A DNA stretch of 64,000 nucleotides from Candidatus Thermofontivivens primus (GTDB taxonomy: Bacteria > Sysuimicrobiota > Sysuimicrobiia > Sysuimicrobiales > Thermofontiviventaceae), in NCBI GenBank assembly GCA_031458695.1, contig JAVKJW010000004.1:61283-125282 (forward strand), given 5' to 3'. A program made the position numbers and the translations under genes. Below, one piece after another: positions 1 through 9,173 of the stretch (position 1 is the first letter of the stretch; the number at the start of each line of letters is the position of its first letter). The notes beneath the pieces were generated by a model. The model saw only the letters and a list, made by a program, of their open reading frames with translations. It was not told the DNA's origin and did not search any database.

Positions 1-1953
1 GCAGCTGCCGAAGACGCTGCGGAGATGCTCCGCGCGAGGATCCTCTATGAGGAACTGCCAGCTGCTCTCGATCCGCTTGAGGCAATGCGTCCCGGCTCCC
101 CCATTGTCCGCCCAAGGAGACGCGGAGAGACCGGAGAAACACAGGCACATGCTACGATCGATGTCCAGGAGGGTGGTGGTCCGGAAGCGCCTAACATCAC
201 CGCCCATGTCCATTTCTCTAGAGGAGATGTGACGGTAGGCTTTGCCGAAGCGGACGTTGTGAGAGAGGAGACCTTCCGTACCCCCATCGTCCATCAGTCT
301 TACCTCGAGCCTCATGCCGCCATTGCGAGCTATGACCCCTTTACCGGAGTCCTGACCCTGTGGGCGAGCGTCCAGGGACAGTTCTACGTGCGGTCTGAGG
401 TGAGTAGAAGGCTAGGCCTCCCGCAGACGAAGGTGCGGGTGATCCCTATGCCCGTGGGCGGGGCGTTTGGTGCAAAGATCCTCCACCTGGAGCCCCTTGT
501 GGCTGCGCTGGCGTTGGTCACGCGGCGTCCAGTGCGCCTCGTCCTCTCCAGGATGGAGGAGTTCTTGGCTGGGACTCCCGCGCCCCAGGCGGTCATCACG
601 GGGAAGGTCGGCGCGCGCCGCGACGGGACACTCGTTGCCCTCCAGGCGCGCCTGGTGTTCGACTCAGGGGCCGAACCGGGAACCCCTCTGAACGTGGCGG
701 CCCTCCTCTTGGGAGGGTACTACCGGTTTCCCCACCTCGAGATTGAGGGGTTCGAGGTCCTCACCCACAAGGCACCTGTAGGGGCATACAGGGGGCCTGG
801 CGCGGTCCAGGCGACGTTCGCCATCGAATCCCTGGTGGACGCGGTTGCCCGCGCCCTTGACCTCGATCCAGTAGAGTTCCGCCTTCGGAACATCGTCCAA
901 GAAGGAGATCCCATGCCTAACGGGAAGCCTTGGCCACGTATCGGCCTGCGGGAGTGCCTGGAAGCCCTGCGGAACCATGTCCTCTGGCAAGAGAGACGGA
1001 AAGAGCCCCACCAGGGCTATGGCCTTGCCATTGGAGGTTGGCCCGGCGGGATCGAGCCAGCAAGCGCCTGTGTGCGCGCCAACCCAGATGGAACGTTCCA
1101 TGTCCTCGTGGGAGCAGTGGACCTCACAGGAACGGCCACAGCCTTCGCCCAGATCGCTGCGGAGGTCCTCGGCGTCCCCGTGGAGCAGATCCAGGTGATC
1201 ACGGGGGATACAGACCAGAGCCCCTATGCCGGGATGTCGGCAGGAAGCAAGACGCTGTATACCGTGGGGGCTGCGGTGAAGCAGGCTGCCGAGGAGGCAA
1301 GGCGCCAGCTCCTGACTGTGGCCAGCGACCAGCTGGAAGCCGCAATCGAAGATTTGGAGATCGTCGATGGACATGTGCAAGTGAAGGGGGTTCCAGGGAA
1401 AGCCCTCCCGATCTCCCACTTCGCCAAGCTGACCATGCAGTTCGGGGCCAAGTATCCCCCTATCTTCGGCCGGGGGGAATCCAGCATCACCCGGCAGTCC
1501 CCAGGGTTCGCGGCACACCTCGCCAAGGTGGAAGTGGACCCGGAAACCGGAAGGGTGCGCGTCCTCGAATACCTGGCAGTCCAGGACGTTGGGCGCGCCA
1601 TCAACCCTGCGGAAGTGCAAGGACAGATCCACGGGGGCGTTGCTCAGGGCATTGGGTGGGCGCTTCTTGAGGAGGTTCGTTACGATTCCCAGGGTACGCT
1701 CCTGACCACCACATTCTCCGATTACGCTATCCCCAAGGCAGCGGATGTCCCGCAGATCCACACTGTTCTCGTAGAGGTTCCCTCCCCGTTCGGCCCCTTC
1801 GGCGCTAAGGGCGTGGGAGAACCTCCCGTCATTCCTGTGGCCGCCGCCATTTGCAACGCCATCGCCGATGCCGTGGGGGTGCGGGTGACCACGCTCCCTG
1901 TCACTCCAGAGCGCCTCCACCAGGCGCTCGAGAGCTCCGGCAAGAGTCCTTAA
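1..1953 (+). CDS. Xanthine dehydrogenase/CoxL-family molybdopterin-binding large subunit (5' end lies outside the window)
   Basis: Motifs GGAFGAK, AYRGPG, GQIHGGVAQGIG and GAKGVGE; the frame is open from the window edge. Confidence 0.9.
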   Translation, partial: AAAEDAAEMLRARILYEELPAALDPLEAMRPGSPIVRPRRRGETGETQAHATIDVQEGGGPEAPNITAHVHFSRGDVTVGFAEADVVREETFRTPIVHQSYLEPHAAIASYDPFTGVLTLWASVQGQFYVRSEVSRRLGLPQTKVRVIPMPVGGAFGAKILHLEPLVAALALVTRRPVRLVLSRMEEFLAGTPAPQAVITGKVGARRDGTLVALQARLVFDSGAEPGTPLNVAALLLGGYYRFPHLEIEGFEVLTHKAPVGAYRGPGAVQATFAIESLVDAVARALDLDPVEFRLRNIVQEGDPMPNGKPWPRIGLRECLEALRNHVLWQERRKEPHQGYGLAIGGWPGGIEPASACVRANPDGTFHVLVGAVDLTGTATAFAQIAAEVLGVPVEQIQVITGDTDQSPYAGMSAGSKTLYTVGAAVKQAAEEARRQLLTVASDQLEAAIEDLEIVDGHVQVKGVPGKALPISHFAKLTMQFGAKYPPIFGRGESSITRQSPGFAAHLAKVEVDPETGRVRVLEYLAVQDVGRAINPAEVQGQIHGGVAQGIGWALLEEVRYDSQGTLLTTTFSDYAIPKAADVPQIHTVLVEVPSPFGPFGAKGVGEPPVIPVAAAICNAIADAVGVRVTTLPVTPERLHQALESSGKSP

Positions 1954-1989
1954 GTAGCCCCGGCGCAATGCGTATCCCCCCTTCCCTGC

Positions 1990-2013
1990 ACCCGCTCCCA
2001 CAAGGGGAGCGGG
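1990..2013. repeat. REP-like hairpin downstream of the Mo-subunit gene
   Basis: cccgctcccc-acaa-ggggagcggg perfect inverted repeat. Confidence 0.6.
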
Positions 2014-2267
2014 AATGAGGAGAGAGCCCTCCCGCCAAAGAGGGAGTGCGATGAGGTTCTCTAACTCGTGGAGAGAGCAATGAGAAGAGGTCTTTTCTGT
2101 CAAGAAGAATACATGGGAACAAGCCTCTTTCTGGAAAAGTGGATGGGAAGAAGTCCCCTCTCACGTATGGTGGGAATTGCCGGGAATAGGTGGTTGAACC
2201 TGTACAAGATGGGGCCTACCCGGAGGAGACGGGGCCTACCATATCGAAAGAACTTAGGTGGGCTGCA

Positions 2268-2912
2268 ATGAACGGGTTCATCGCCAGCCAGAAATGTAGC
2301 GCATGTGTTGTACGGTCGGCGCTCGAAGGATTGACCACTGCGATCGTCCTCCTAAACCGGCATCAGCGCATCCTCTTTGTCAACCGAACCGCTCAGAAAG
2401 TATTCGGGATCGGCCCCAGGGACCTTGGGAAACAGCTCCACCATATACCTTTAGATCCTGCGTTGCGCGCTGCCTGGTTCCAAGCCTGTACAACTCCTGA
2501 ACCGACCACATCGCTCGTACATCTCAGGGAACCCGAAGAAAGAGTATTACGGATCATGGTTGCTCATTGCCGTACCCCAAAGGGGAAGTTCCTGGGGTGG
2601 GCCTTGCTCGCCTGCGACGTGACAGACGATCGAAACGTCTCTGTCAAACTGACCACAGATCTGGCAGTAGAATTGCTGCGCTACTTCCAGAGCGAGAGGA
2701 GATCATCGCTGCAAGAGGTTCTTACCCCAGCGGAGTGGCGCGTGTTGCAGCTCCTGGGTGAAGGGTTATCGAACAACGACATCTCCCGCCAACTTGGGGT
2801 TTCTCCAAATACCCTCAGGACCCACTTGAAGAGCCTATACCGCAAGCTTCAGTTATCGAATCGCACGGCCCTCGTCGCCTTCGCCGCACGAGTCAGCCCA
2901 AGGGCGGCTTAA
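2268..2912 (+). CDS. PAS-domain / LuxR-type HTH transcriptional regulator
   Basis: N-terminal PAS-like segment (IVLLNRHQRILFVNRTAQKVFG) and C-terminal LuxR HTH (LTPAEWRVLQLLGEGLSNNDISRQLGVSPNTLRTHLKSLYRKL). Start uncertain (2190 GTG or 2268 ATG). Confidence 0.85.
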   Translation: MNGFIASQKCSACVVRSALEGLTTAIVLLNRHQRILFVNRTAQKVFGIGPRDLGKQLHHIPLDPALRAAWFQACTTPEPTTSLVHLREPEERVLRIMVAHCRTPKGKFLGWALLACDVTDDRNVSVKLTTDLAVELLRYFQSERRSSLQEVLTPAEWRVLQLLGEGLSNNDISRQLGVSPNTLRTHLKSLYRKLQLSNRTALVAFAARVSPRAA

Positions 2913-2971
2913 GTACCCCGGCAAAAGTCTTTGACTTTTGCCGGGGACCCCTCTTGAAATAACGGGTCCCC
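2911..2971 (+). repeat. Dispersed palindromic element, copy A
   Basis: GTAC + 14-bp perfect stem ccccggcaaaagtc-ttt-gacttttgccgggg, then a second stem ggggaccc..gggtcccc; near-identical copy at 18834. Confidence 0.85.
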
Positions 2972-3050
2972 CCTCACAAGAAGAACCCGCAATGAATTCG
3001 CCGATCACTGACAGGATCAGACGTTTCGTGAGACGCTCTGTTCGTCTACT

Positions 3051-3118
3051 TCACCCTTTCTGGTGAAAAAGTTCACCCCCGGTGGTGATTCCCTCCGGCC
3101 GCCACCCCGCGATAGGAT
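3051..3118 (+). promoter_or_regulatory. Tandem TCACC-N6-GGTGA operator boxes and a -10-like TAGGAT upstream of the cytochrome gene
   Basis: tcaccctttctggtga (3051-3066) and tcacccccggtggtga (3073-3088), 22 bp apart; TAGGAT at 3113-3118. Confidence 0.65.
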
Positions 3119-3138
3119 GAAAAGCGGAGGTGGCGGCG

Positions 3139-4239
3139 ATGCGCAGGTGGCATGGAGCAGCAACAGCCCTCATGGTTTTCCTCGCGTTGACTCTCCTCGG
3201 CGGTCTGTCATTCCCGGCACCCCCCTCCCCGGAGGAAACCTTCCCGACCAGCCTACACTCCCTCCGTCTTGGGAAGGTCACCTGGTACAGCAAAGCAAAA
3301 GGGGGGTTCGAGGCGATCACCAATATCCCCATCAAGAACCTTGAGTGTCTCACATGCCATCCAGGGACGAAAGCCGACGGCACGCCCATCGACCCTGCAA
3401 GGTATGTACCTGACTGCACTGATTGCCATGCTAAACCTGGGGACAAAGTGGCAGACGCCACCTGCCTGAAATGCCACCGACGTCAGGCTTTAGAGATCGG
3501 TCTGGGCTATAGCGACGTGCACAGGGCGAAGGGCTTGCGCTGCATGGATTGCCACACGACGCGCGAGATGCACGGGGACGGGAAGAAGTACGCCTCATGG
3601 CTTGCTCCAGGCGCAATGGACGCCGCCTGCGAAAACTGCCACAGGACCCTTGCACGGAACCCAGCACATGACATCCACGCTGCGACGGTCCACTGTACCT
3701 CCTGTCACGCACAATCCGTGATCTCTTGCTACAGCTGTCACTTCGAGAGTGAGGTGGAGGGGAAAATCAAGCGAGCACATGCTACCTTGCGAGACTTCCT
3801 CCTCCTCGTCCGGCGCCAGGGAACGGGAAAGGTCTACTCGGGCACACTCATGACCCTGACCTACAAGGGGAGGTCCTTCCTGGCCATCGCCCCCTACCGC
3901 GCGCACACCATCACCCGCACAGGGAGGGCGTGTACCGACTGCCATCAGAATGCCACGATCATGGAATACGCGAAGACCGGGAAGATCCGCCTGACCTCCT
4001 GGGACGCCTCCAAGAGGACGATCGTCATCACCAAGGGCGTGATCCCTGTCCCGCCCGATTGGCAGAAGGCGTTCCAGCTCGATTTCCCCAACTATACCGG
4101 AGACCCGAAGGTGGCCCAGACGGATCCGACCAAGTGGGTCTTCCTGAAGTCAGGGGCTGACGCTACACAAATGCTCTATGCGGATCCCCTCACCAAGGAG
4201 CAAATCGAGAAGCTCAAGCGGCTAGGAGTCAAGAAGTAA
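3139..4239 (+). CDS. Secreted octaheme cytochrome c
   Basis: Eight CxxCH motifs (CLTCH, CTDCH, CLKCH, CMDCH, CENCH, CTSCH, CYSCH, CTDCH), an N-terminal signal peptide and a GGAGG RBS. Confidence 0.9.
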   Translation: MRRWHGAATALMVFLALTLLGGLSFPAPPSPEETFPTSLHSLRLGKVTWYSKAKGGFEAITNIPIKNLECLTCHPGTKADGTPIDPARYVPDCTDCHAKPGDKVADATCLKCHRRQALEIGLGYSDVHRAKGLRCMDCHTTREMHGDGKKYASWLAPGAMDAACENCHRTLARNPAHDIHAATVHCTSCHAQSVISCYSCHFESEVEGKIKRAHATLRDFLLLVRRQGTGKVYSGTLMTLTYKGRSFLAIAPYRAHTITRTGRACTDCHQNATIMEYAKTGKIRLTSWDASKRTIVITKGVIPVPPDWQKAFQLDFPNYTGDPKVAQTDPTKWVFLKSGADATQMLYADPLTKEQIEKLKRLGVKK

Positions 4240-4810
4240 TAACCAAGAGAAAGTACTCGTGTACTCGGGGATCCCCACAGATCTCCGGATGGAACGTAGC
4301 GCCGAGGAGGTTCCCCTGCCGGACGAGGACAGGGCGGCCCTGGTAGGTCGCAAGGACCTCGACCGCAGGACCGACGCGCTCGATCCTAGGAGCGCGGATG
4401 AAGGCAACCCGCAGGGGATCAGCGCCGAGAAGAGGAACCTCCACCTTTGCCTCAAAGCTCTCCCGCTGCCGGCCATAGGCGTTGCGCTGGACCCTCACGT
4501 CCATCACCCTGAGGAGGGGAGGTTCGCCTCCGTCAACTTCAGAGGCCATCAGGATGAGCCCTGCGCACGTACCGAAGACGGGAAAGCCATCCCGGACCCT
4601 CTCCCTGATCGCCTCATCCAGGCCATACCGTGCCATAAGTCCCCCGATGGTCGTAGATTCTCCCCCAGGGATGATGAGACCGTCCACTTCCCTCAGGGCC
4701 TCCGGCGTACGAACCTCCATCGCCCGGCCGCCGGCAGCTTCGACCATGGCCATGTGTTCCTGGACATCGCCCTGAAGGGCCAATACACCGATCTGAACCA
4801 TTCTCTTCAT
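4229..4810 (-). CDS. pdxT: Pyridoxal 5'-phosphate synthase glutaminase subunit
   Basis: GVLALQG, IIPGGEST, GTCAG and FHPE motifs; adjacent to pdxS. Confidence 0.95.
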   Translation of the reverse strand: MKRMVQIGVLALQGDVQEHMAMVEAAGGRAMEVRTPEALREVDGLIIPGGESTTIGGLMARYGLDEAIRERVRDGFPVFGTCAGLILMASEVDGGEPPLLRVMDVRVQRNAYGRQRESFEAKVEVPLLGADPLRVAFIRAPRIERVGPAVEVLATYQGRPVLVRQGNLLGATFHPEICGDPRVHEYFLLVITS

Positions 4811-4812
4811 CC

Positions 4813-5694
4813 TCACTGCCCCCTGATCTGGAGAAGTTCCTTCTCCTCCAGCTTGCGCACGTCAATGCCGCGCATGGGCTCCCCCAGGCCTTCAGAGACC
4901 CTTGCCAGCACCTCGGGGTCGTTGAAGTAGGTAACCGCCTCCACGATAGCTCGGGCCCGGCGGGCAGGGTTCTCCGACTTGAAGATCCCTGAGCCCACGA
5001 AGACACCATCTGCGCCAAGTTGCATCATCAGCGCGGCATCCGCGGGTGTGGCGATCCCTCCCGCTGCGAAGTTCACCACCGGGAGCCTTCCAAGCCTGCG
5101 CGTCTCTAGCACGAGTTCGAACGGCGCGCCAAGCTCCTTAGAAGCTGTCATAAGTTCCTCTTCTGGGAGCACCTGGAGTTGGCGGATCCCATCCATGATC
5201 AAACGCATATGGCGTACTGCCTCGACGACATTTCCGGTCCCTGCCTCGCCCTTCGTCCGGATCATCGCTGCGCCTTCGCCAATGCGCCGCAGCGCTTCCC
5301 CGAGATCTCTCGCCCCGCACACAAATGGCACCTTGAACCGGTGCTTGTCGATGTGATACCGCTCGTCGGCGGGGGTCAAGACCTCGCTCTCGTCGATGAA
5401 GTCCACCCCCAACGCCTCCAGGATCTGTGCCTCCACGAAGTGACCGATGCGCACCTTCGCCATCACCGGGATGGTCACGGCCTCCATGATCTCCTTGATC
5501 TTCCTGGGATCGGCCATGCGAGCGACCCCGCCCTGCGCCCTGATGTCTGCAGGAACTCGCTCCAGGGCCATGACTGCCACCGCTCCGGCTTCCTCGGCAA
5601 TCCTAGCCTGCTCCGCGTTCGTGACATCCATGATGACGCCACCCTTTAACATCTGAGCCAAGCCCCGCTTGATGGCCACAGTCCCCTGGTCCAT
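4813..5694 (-). CDS. pdxS: Pyridoxal 5'-phosphate synthase lyase subunit
   Basis: [27 protein letters not shown] and [16 protein letters not shown]; start chosen from the GGAGG RBS. Confidence 0.97.
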   Translation of the reverse strand: MDQGTVAIKRGLAQMLKGGVIMDVTNAEQARIAEEAGAVAVMALERVPADIRAQGGVARMADPRKIKEIMEAVTIPVMAKVRIGHFVEAQILEALGVDFIDESEVLTPADERYHIDKHRFKVPFVCGARDLGEALRRIGEGAAMIRTKGEAGTGNVVEAVRHMRLIMDGIRQLQVLPEEELMTASKELGAPFELVLETRRLGRLPVVNFAAGGIATPADAALMMQLGADGVFVGSGIFKSENPARRARAIVEAVTYFNDPEVLARVSEGLGEPMRGIDVRKLEEKELLQIRGQ

Positions 5695-5769
5695 GACGTT
5701 TACCTCCATCTTGAAGTTGTCCCATCGGTGTAGGTGCAGGGCATGCCGTGCACCTCCCAGCGGAGAAAG

Positions 5770-7272
5770 TTACAGAATCGGCACCGGAACCCGCTGGAGC
5801 TTCGGCCGCGCCCTTCGGGCCCGCTCCAGGAGGAACTGGATCGTCTCCCCTAACTTGCGGATCCCTTCCTCGATGCGCTCAGGAGGGTGGAGGGAGAAGT
5901 TCAGCCGGATATATTCTTCTCCCGATCGATCCGGGAAGAACGCCGGGCCCGGCGCAATTGCAACCCCTCGCGCCAGCCCCTGGAAGAAGACCTCAAACGC
6001 GTTGACCTCGCGGGGGAGCTTCGCCCACAGGTACAGGCCTCCCTGGGGTAGTGTCCATGCAACTCCTGGAGGGAAGTGCCTTTCCATGCTCCGGGCCATG
6101 GCATCCCTGCGCTCCCTGCAGGCGACGCGGATGCGCCGGAGGTGCGTGTGGATGCCCTCTCGCTGGATGAACTCGTTCACCGCCCACTGGATCAACGAGG
6201 AGGTGTGCAGGTCTGCGGTCTGCTTGGCATACATCAGCCGCTCTCGCAACCCGTGGGGGACCACCATGTATCCGATCCGGAGCCCGGCGAACAAGGTCTT
6301 CGAAAAACCCCCCAGGTAGATCACGTAGCCAGAGGTGTCCAGCGCCCGGAGCGGAGGAGGCGGGCTTTCCTGGTAGTAGAGCTCACTGTACGCATCATCT
6401 TCCAGAATGAGCACGGCGTGCTCCCTGGCGAGGGCGAGCAACTGGCGCCGGCGTTCCAAGGACATGCTGCCCCCTCGAGGGCTGTGGAAGGTTGGGATGG
6501 TGTAGATGAGTCGCGGCCTGTAGCGGATGAGCAAGAGTTTCAGAGTCTGTAGGCACATCCCTTCCTCGTCCACGGGGACGGCCAGAATCTTTGCCCCGCG
6601 GGCCTCGAAGGCATCGATCGCCCCGATGTAGGTGGGACTCTCCAAGACCACCGCATCGCCAGGCTCCACTAGGGTGCGGGCGACGAGATCAATGGCCTGC
6701 TGGGTGCCTGAGGTAATGAGAATTGTCTCAGGGGTCGCGACGATGCCCACATCTACCAAGTAGCGGGAGATCGACTGGCGGAGAGGAAGGAGGCCTTCCG
6801 GCACATCGTACTGCAGCGCGCTCACCCCTTCCCTCCTGAGAACACGGTTGATGGCCCTCCGCAGCCCATCCACGGGGAAGAACTCGGGTGCGGGGACTCC
6901 GGCCGCGAAGGAAAGGATATCCCGGCTCGCCGCCATCCGTAGCATGTCCCGCAAGATCGCCCGTGTGGAGAGACGGCTAGGGGAAACCTCCCAGGGAGGT
7001 TCGGAAGGAGGGGTGGGGAGAGGAGGTTCCCCGCTTGGCCCCTGGACGAACGTCCCCCGCCCGACGTGCGCGCTGAGGAGACCCTCGGCAATGAGCTCGT
7101 CGTAGGCCTCCTGGACGGTGATCCGCGCAACTCCCAACCGCTGCGCAAGGGACCTCGTAGAAGGAAGGCGGCTCCCTGGAGGGAGAGAACCTGAAAGGAT
7201 CTGCTCCTTCAGGAAGTTCTTGATCTGCAGGTAGAGGGGAACCTCGCTCTCGTGTTTCAACTCGATGTACAT
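5770..7272 (-). CDS. MocR/GabR-family PLP-dependent GntR regulator (PdxR-like)
   Basis: wHTH (LPSTRSLAQRLGVARITV) fused to an aminotransferase-like domain (EDDAY, FSKTL..GLRIG); directly upstream of pdxST. Confidence 0.9.
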   Translation of the reverse strand: MYIELKHESEVPLYLQIKNFLKEQILSGSLPPGSRLPSTRSLAQRLGVARITVQEAYDELIAEGLLSAHVGRGTFVQGPSGEPPLPTPPSEPPWEVSPSRLSTRAILRDMLRMAASRDILSFAAGVPAPEFFPVDGLRRAINRVLRREGVSALQYDVPEGLLPLRQSISRYLVDVGIVATPETILITSGTQQAIDLVARTLVEPGDAVVLESPTYIGAIDAFEARGAKILAVPVDEEGMCLQTLKLLLIRYRPRLIYTIPTFHSPRGGSMSLERRRQLLALAREHAVLILEDDAYSELYYQESPPPPLRALDTSGYVIYLGGFSKTLFAGLRIGYMVVPHGLRERLMYAKQTADLHTSSLIQWAVNEFIQREGIHTHLRRIRVACRERRDAMARSMERHFPPGVAWTLPQGGLYLWAKLPREVNAFEVFFQGLARGVAIAPGPAFFPDRSGEEYIRLNFSLHPPERIEEGIRKLGETIQFLLERARRARPKLQRVPVPIL

Positions 7273-7301
7273 ACCTCACGACCTCGGTCCATGTCTCCGT
7301 T

Positions 7302-7341
7302 ATTATATGGATCCAAATAGATCCAATTGTAGATCCATTTT
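7302..7341 (-). promoter_or_regulatory. Promoter with three TGGATC repeats (putative MocR/PdxR operator)
   Basis: Minus strand reads AAAATGGATCTACAATTGGATCTATTTGGATCCA-TATAAT. Confidence 0.7.
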
Positions 7342-7374
7342 AGCCCATGGATAGGCGGGCCAATCCTGGAAAGG

Positions 7375-7635
7375 TCAGGAGGAGCTTTCTGGGTCGTTGG
7401 GCGCCTGCAGGAGGTGCCGGGCGCGCGCTTCAAACTCTGCAGGGACCAACAGATCTCCCCACACTCCTGTTGCTCGGCTGATGATGTCGCCGTACCCTGG
7501 GATCTGGCGGGAGCGCAGGAGCACGGGGATCCCCTCCCTTTCCAGGAGGTCCTTGAGGAGGAGGGCCTCCGCTTCAGAGGAGGGGCTATAGATACGGACA
7601 AGCCGTCTTCCGAGCCAGCGTTCAAGGAACCTCAT
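7375..7635 (-). CDS. DUF2007-like small putative signal-transducing protein
   Basis: EAEALLLKDLLEREGIPV...LLVPAEFEARARHLL pattern; overlaps the rsmI stop. Confidence 0.7.
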   Translation of the reverse strand: MRFLERWLGRRLVRIYSPSSEAEALLLKDLLEREGIPVLLRSRQIPGYGDIISRATGVWGDLLVPAEFEARARHLLQAPNDPESSS

Positions 7636-8482
7636 TGCCGTCCTCCTCGCACTTGGGCTTCCGGTAACCTACTGCCCAAGCGAATACCTCCCGCCGTGGA
7701 AGCCCGTAGGCACGGGCGACTTGTCTGACCGCCTCTTTTGGGGGGACCCCAGCCAGGAGAAGCTGGGCGAGATGTTCTTGGGCCGCCCAGCGGTTCGGCT
7801 CTCGCTGCCCCGTACTCCCTTCTACCACCAAGGTGACCTCTCCGCGAACAGGCCCCTGTTCTAGTCGTGCCAGCACCTCGCTGATCCGGCCCCGGAGGAC
7901 CTCCTCATGAACCTTGGTCAGCTCCCGTGCCACAGCGATCCTCCGGTCTCCCAACACTTCCAGAAGATCCCGAAGCGTCTGAATCAACCGGTGGGGGGCC
8001 TCGAAGAAGACGAGGCTCCCAGGGAGCCCCTGCAACGACTGCAGGACAGCCCGGCGCTCGCTCCGCTTCCGCGGGAGGAACCCGGCGAAGGTGTAGCGGT
8101 CTGTGGGGAGGCCAGAGACCACCAGAGCGGTCGTGACTGCGCTTGGGCCCGGGATGGGTATCACGGGAATGCCCTCGGCGATGGCAGCCTGGATGAGCAC
8201 AGAGCCCGGATCGGAAATGGCTGGCATCCCCGCGTCGGTGAGGAGGGCGATGGATTCGCCCGACCGCAACCGCGAGAGGAGCTCTCCCGCGCGCTCCCGC
8301 TCGTTGTGCTCGTGGTAGCTCACCAGGGGTTTGGAGAGGTTGTAGCGAGCGAGGAGGTTGCGCGTCCTGCGGGTATCCTCGCAAGCGATGAGGTCAACCT
8401 CCTGGAGGATGCGCAGGGCCCGAAGAGTGATGTCCTCGAGGTTCCCAATGGGGGTTCCCACGACATAGAGCTTCCCTGTCAC
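7622..8482 (-). CDS. rsmI: 16S rRNA (cytidine1402-2'-O)-methyltransferase
   Basis: LYVVGTPIGNLEDIT, ACEDTR, DAGMPAISDPG, FEAPHR and RELTKVHEE motifs. Confidence 0.96.
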   Translation of the reverse strand: MTGKLYVVGTPIGNLEDITLRALRILQEVDLIACEDTRRTRNLLARYNLSKPLVSYHEHNERERAGELLSRLRSGESIALLTDAGMPAISDPGSVLIQAAIAEGIPVIPIPGPSAVTTALVVSGLPTDRYTFAGFLPRKRSERRAVLQSLQGLPGSLVFFEAPHRLIQTLRDLLEVLGDRRIAVARELTKVHEEVLRGRISEVLARLEQGPVRGEVTLVVEGSTGQREPNRWAAQEHLAQLLLAGVPPKEAVRQVARAYGLPRREVFAWAVGYRKPKCEEDGNEVP

Positions 8483-8590
8483 CCAATCACCCCATCTATT
8501 GGTACGTCCTTGCCCAAGGATCGCGGAGACCCTCGCTGCCTTTCCAGTCTGCTGGATTCAGCACGGTCCAGTTTTTTAGAAAAGATTCTT

Positions 8591-9076
8591 CTAGGATCCA
8601 AGGATCTTGCGCACAGCCTCGACTGCCTCATACGCGGTCTCCACGTAGACAATGGGAGCGGCCTCACCGCCACGCACCGCCTGCCATGTCCGCAAGCCCA
8701 CTACCGGTTTGCCTGCCCGCAGGGCGTGACCAATCTCGGACAACGTTCCGAATCCACCCCCGATGGCAATCAGAGCTTCGGCGGTGAGCACGATCATCAC
8801 ATTGCGCATCTGCCCTGCTCCGGTGGCGATGGGGATGTCCACGTAGCGATTGGCCTCTGCGATGTCCACACCAGGGAGGATCCCCACGGTGATCCCTCCC
8901 CGCGACCGTGCTCCCCGGCAGGCCGCTTCCATGATGCCAGTGAGGCCCCCACAGACGAGGATGTAGCCGGACTCAGCAATGAGGGCACCTACTTCCTCGG
9001 CCAGCCTGGTGTGCTCAGGGTTGGAGATTTGGCTCTCCCCGATCACCCCGACGATGCGCCTGCGCCCTACTCCCAC
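8591..9076 (-). CDS. TIGR00725 / LOG-like Rossmann-fold protein
   Basis: CGGLTGIMEAACRGA, RNVMIV and IGGGFGTLSEI; likely GTG start at 9076. Confidence 0.85.
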   Translation of the reverse strand: MGVGRRRIVGVIGESQISNPEHTRLAEEVGALIAESGYILVCGGLTGIMEAACRGARSRGGITVGILPGVDIAEANRYVDIPIATGAGQMRNVMIVLTAEALIAIGGGFGTLSEIGHALRAGKPVVGLRTWQAVRGGEAAPIVYVETAYEAVEAVRKILGS

Positions 9077-9096
9077 CGAATTTCCCCTCCCTTTCA

Positions 9097-9124
9097 AGAG
9101 GCAGGCACAGAGGCCTGCCTCTAC
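9097..9124 (-). repeat. GTAG-type REP element
   Basis: Minus strand GTAGAGGCAGG-cctctgtg-CCTGCCTCT; homologous to the element at 18961-18987. Confidence 0.65.
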
Positions 9125-9173
9125 GACCATCATACTGCACCTGTGGGTCCGCAGAGAGGGAAAGCACAGCGAT

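Noticed and set aside
664..2103. 479-aa minus-strand ORF and many similar long antisense ORFs (e.g. 7907-9244, 16959-18200, 38451-39569, 57612-58571)
   Set aside because: They are shadows of well-supported genes in GC-rich DNA, with no recognisable motifs or RBS.
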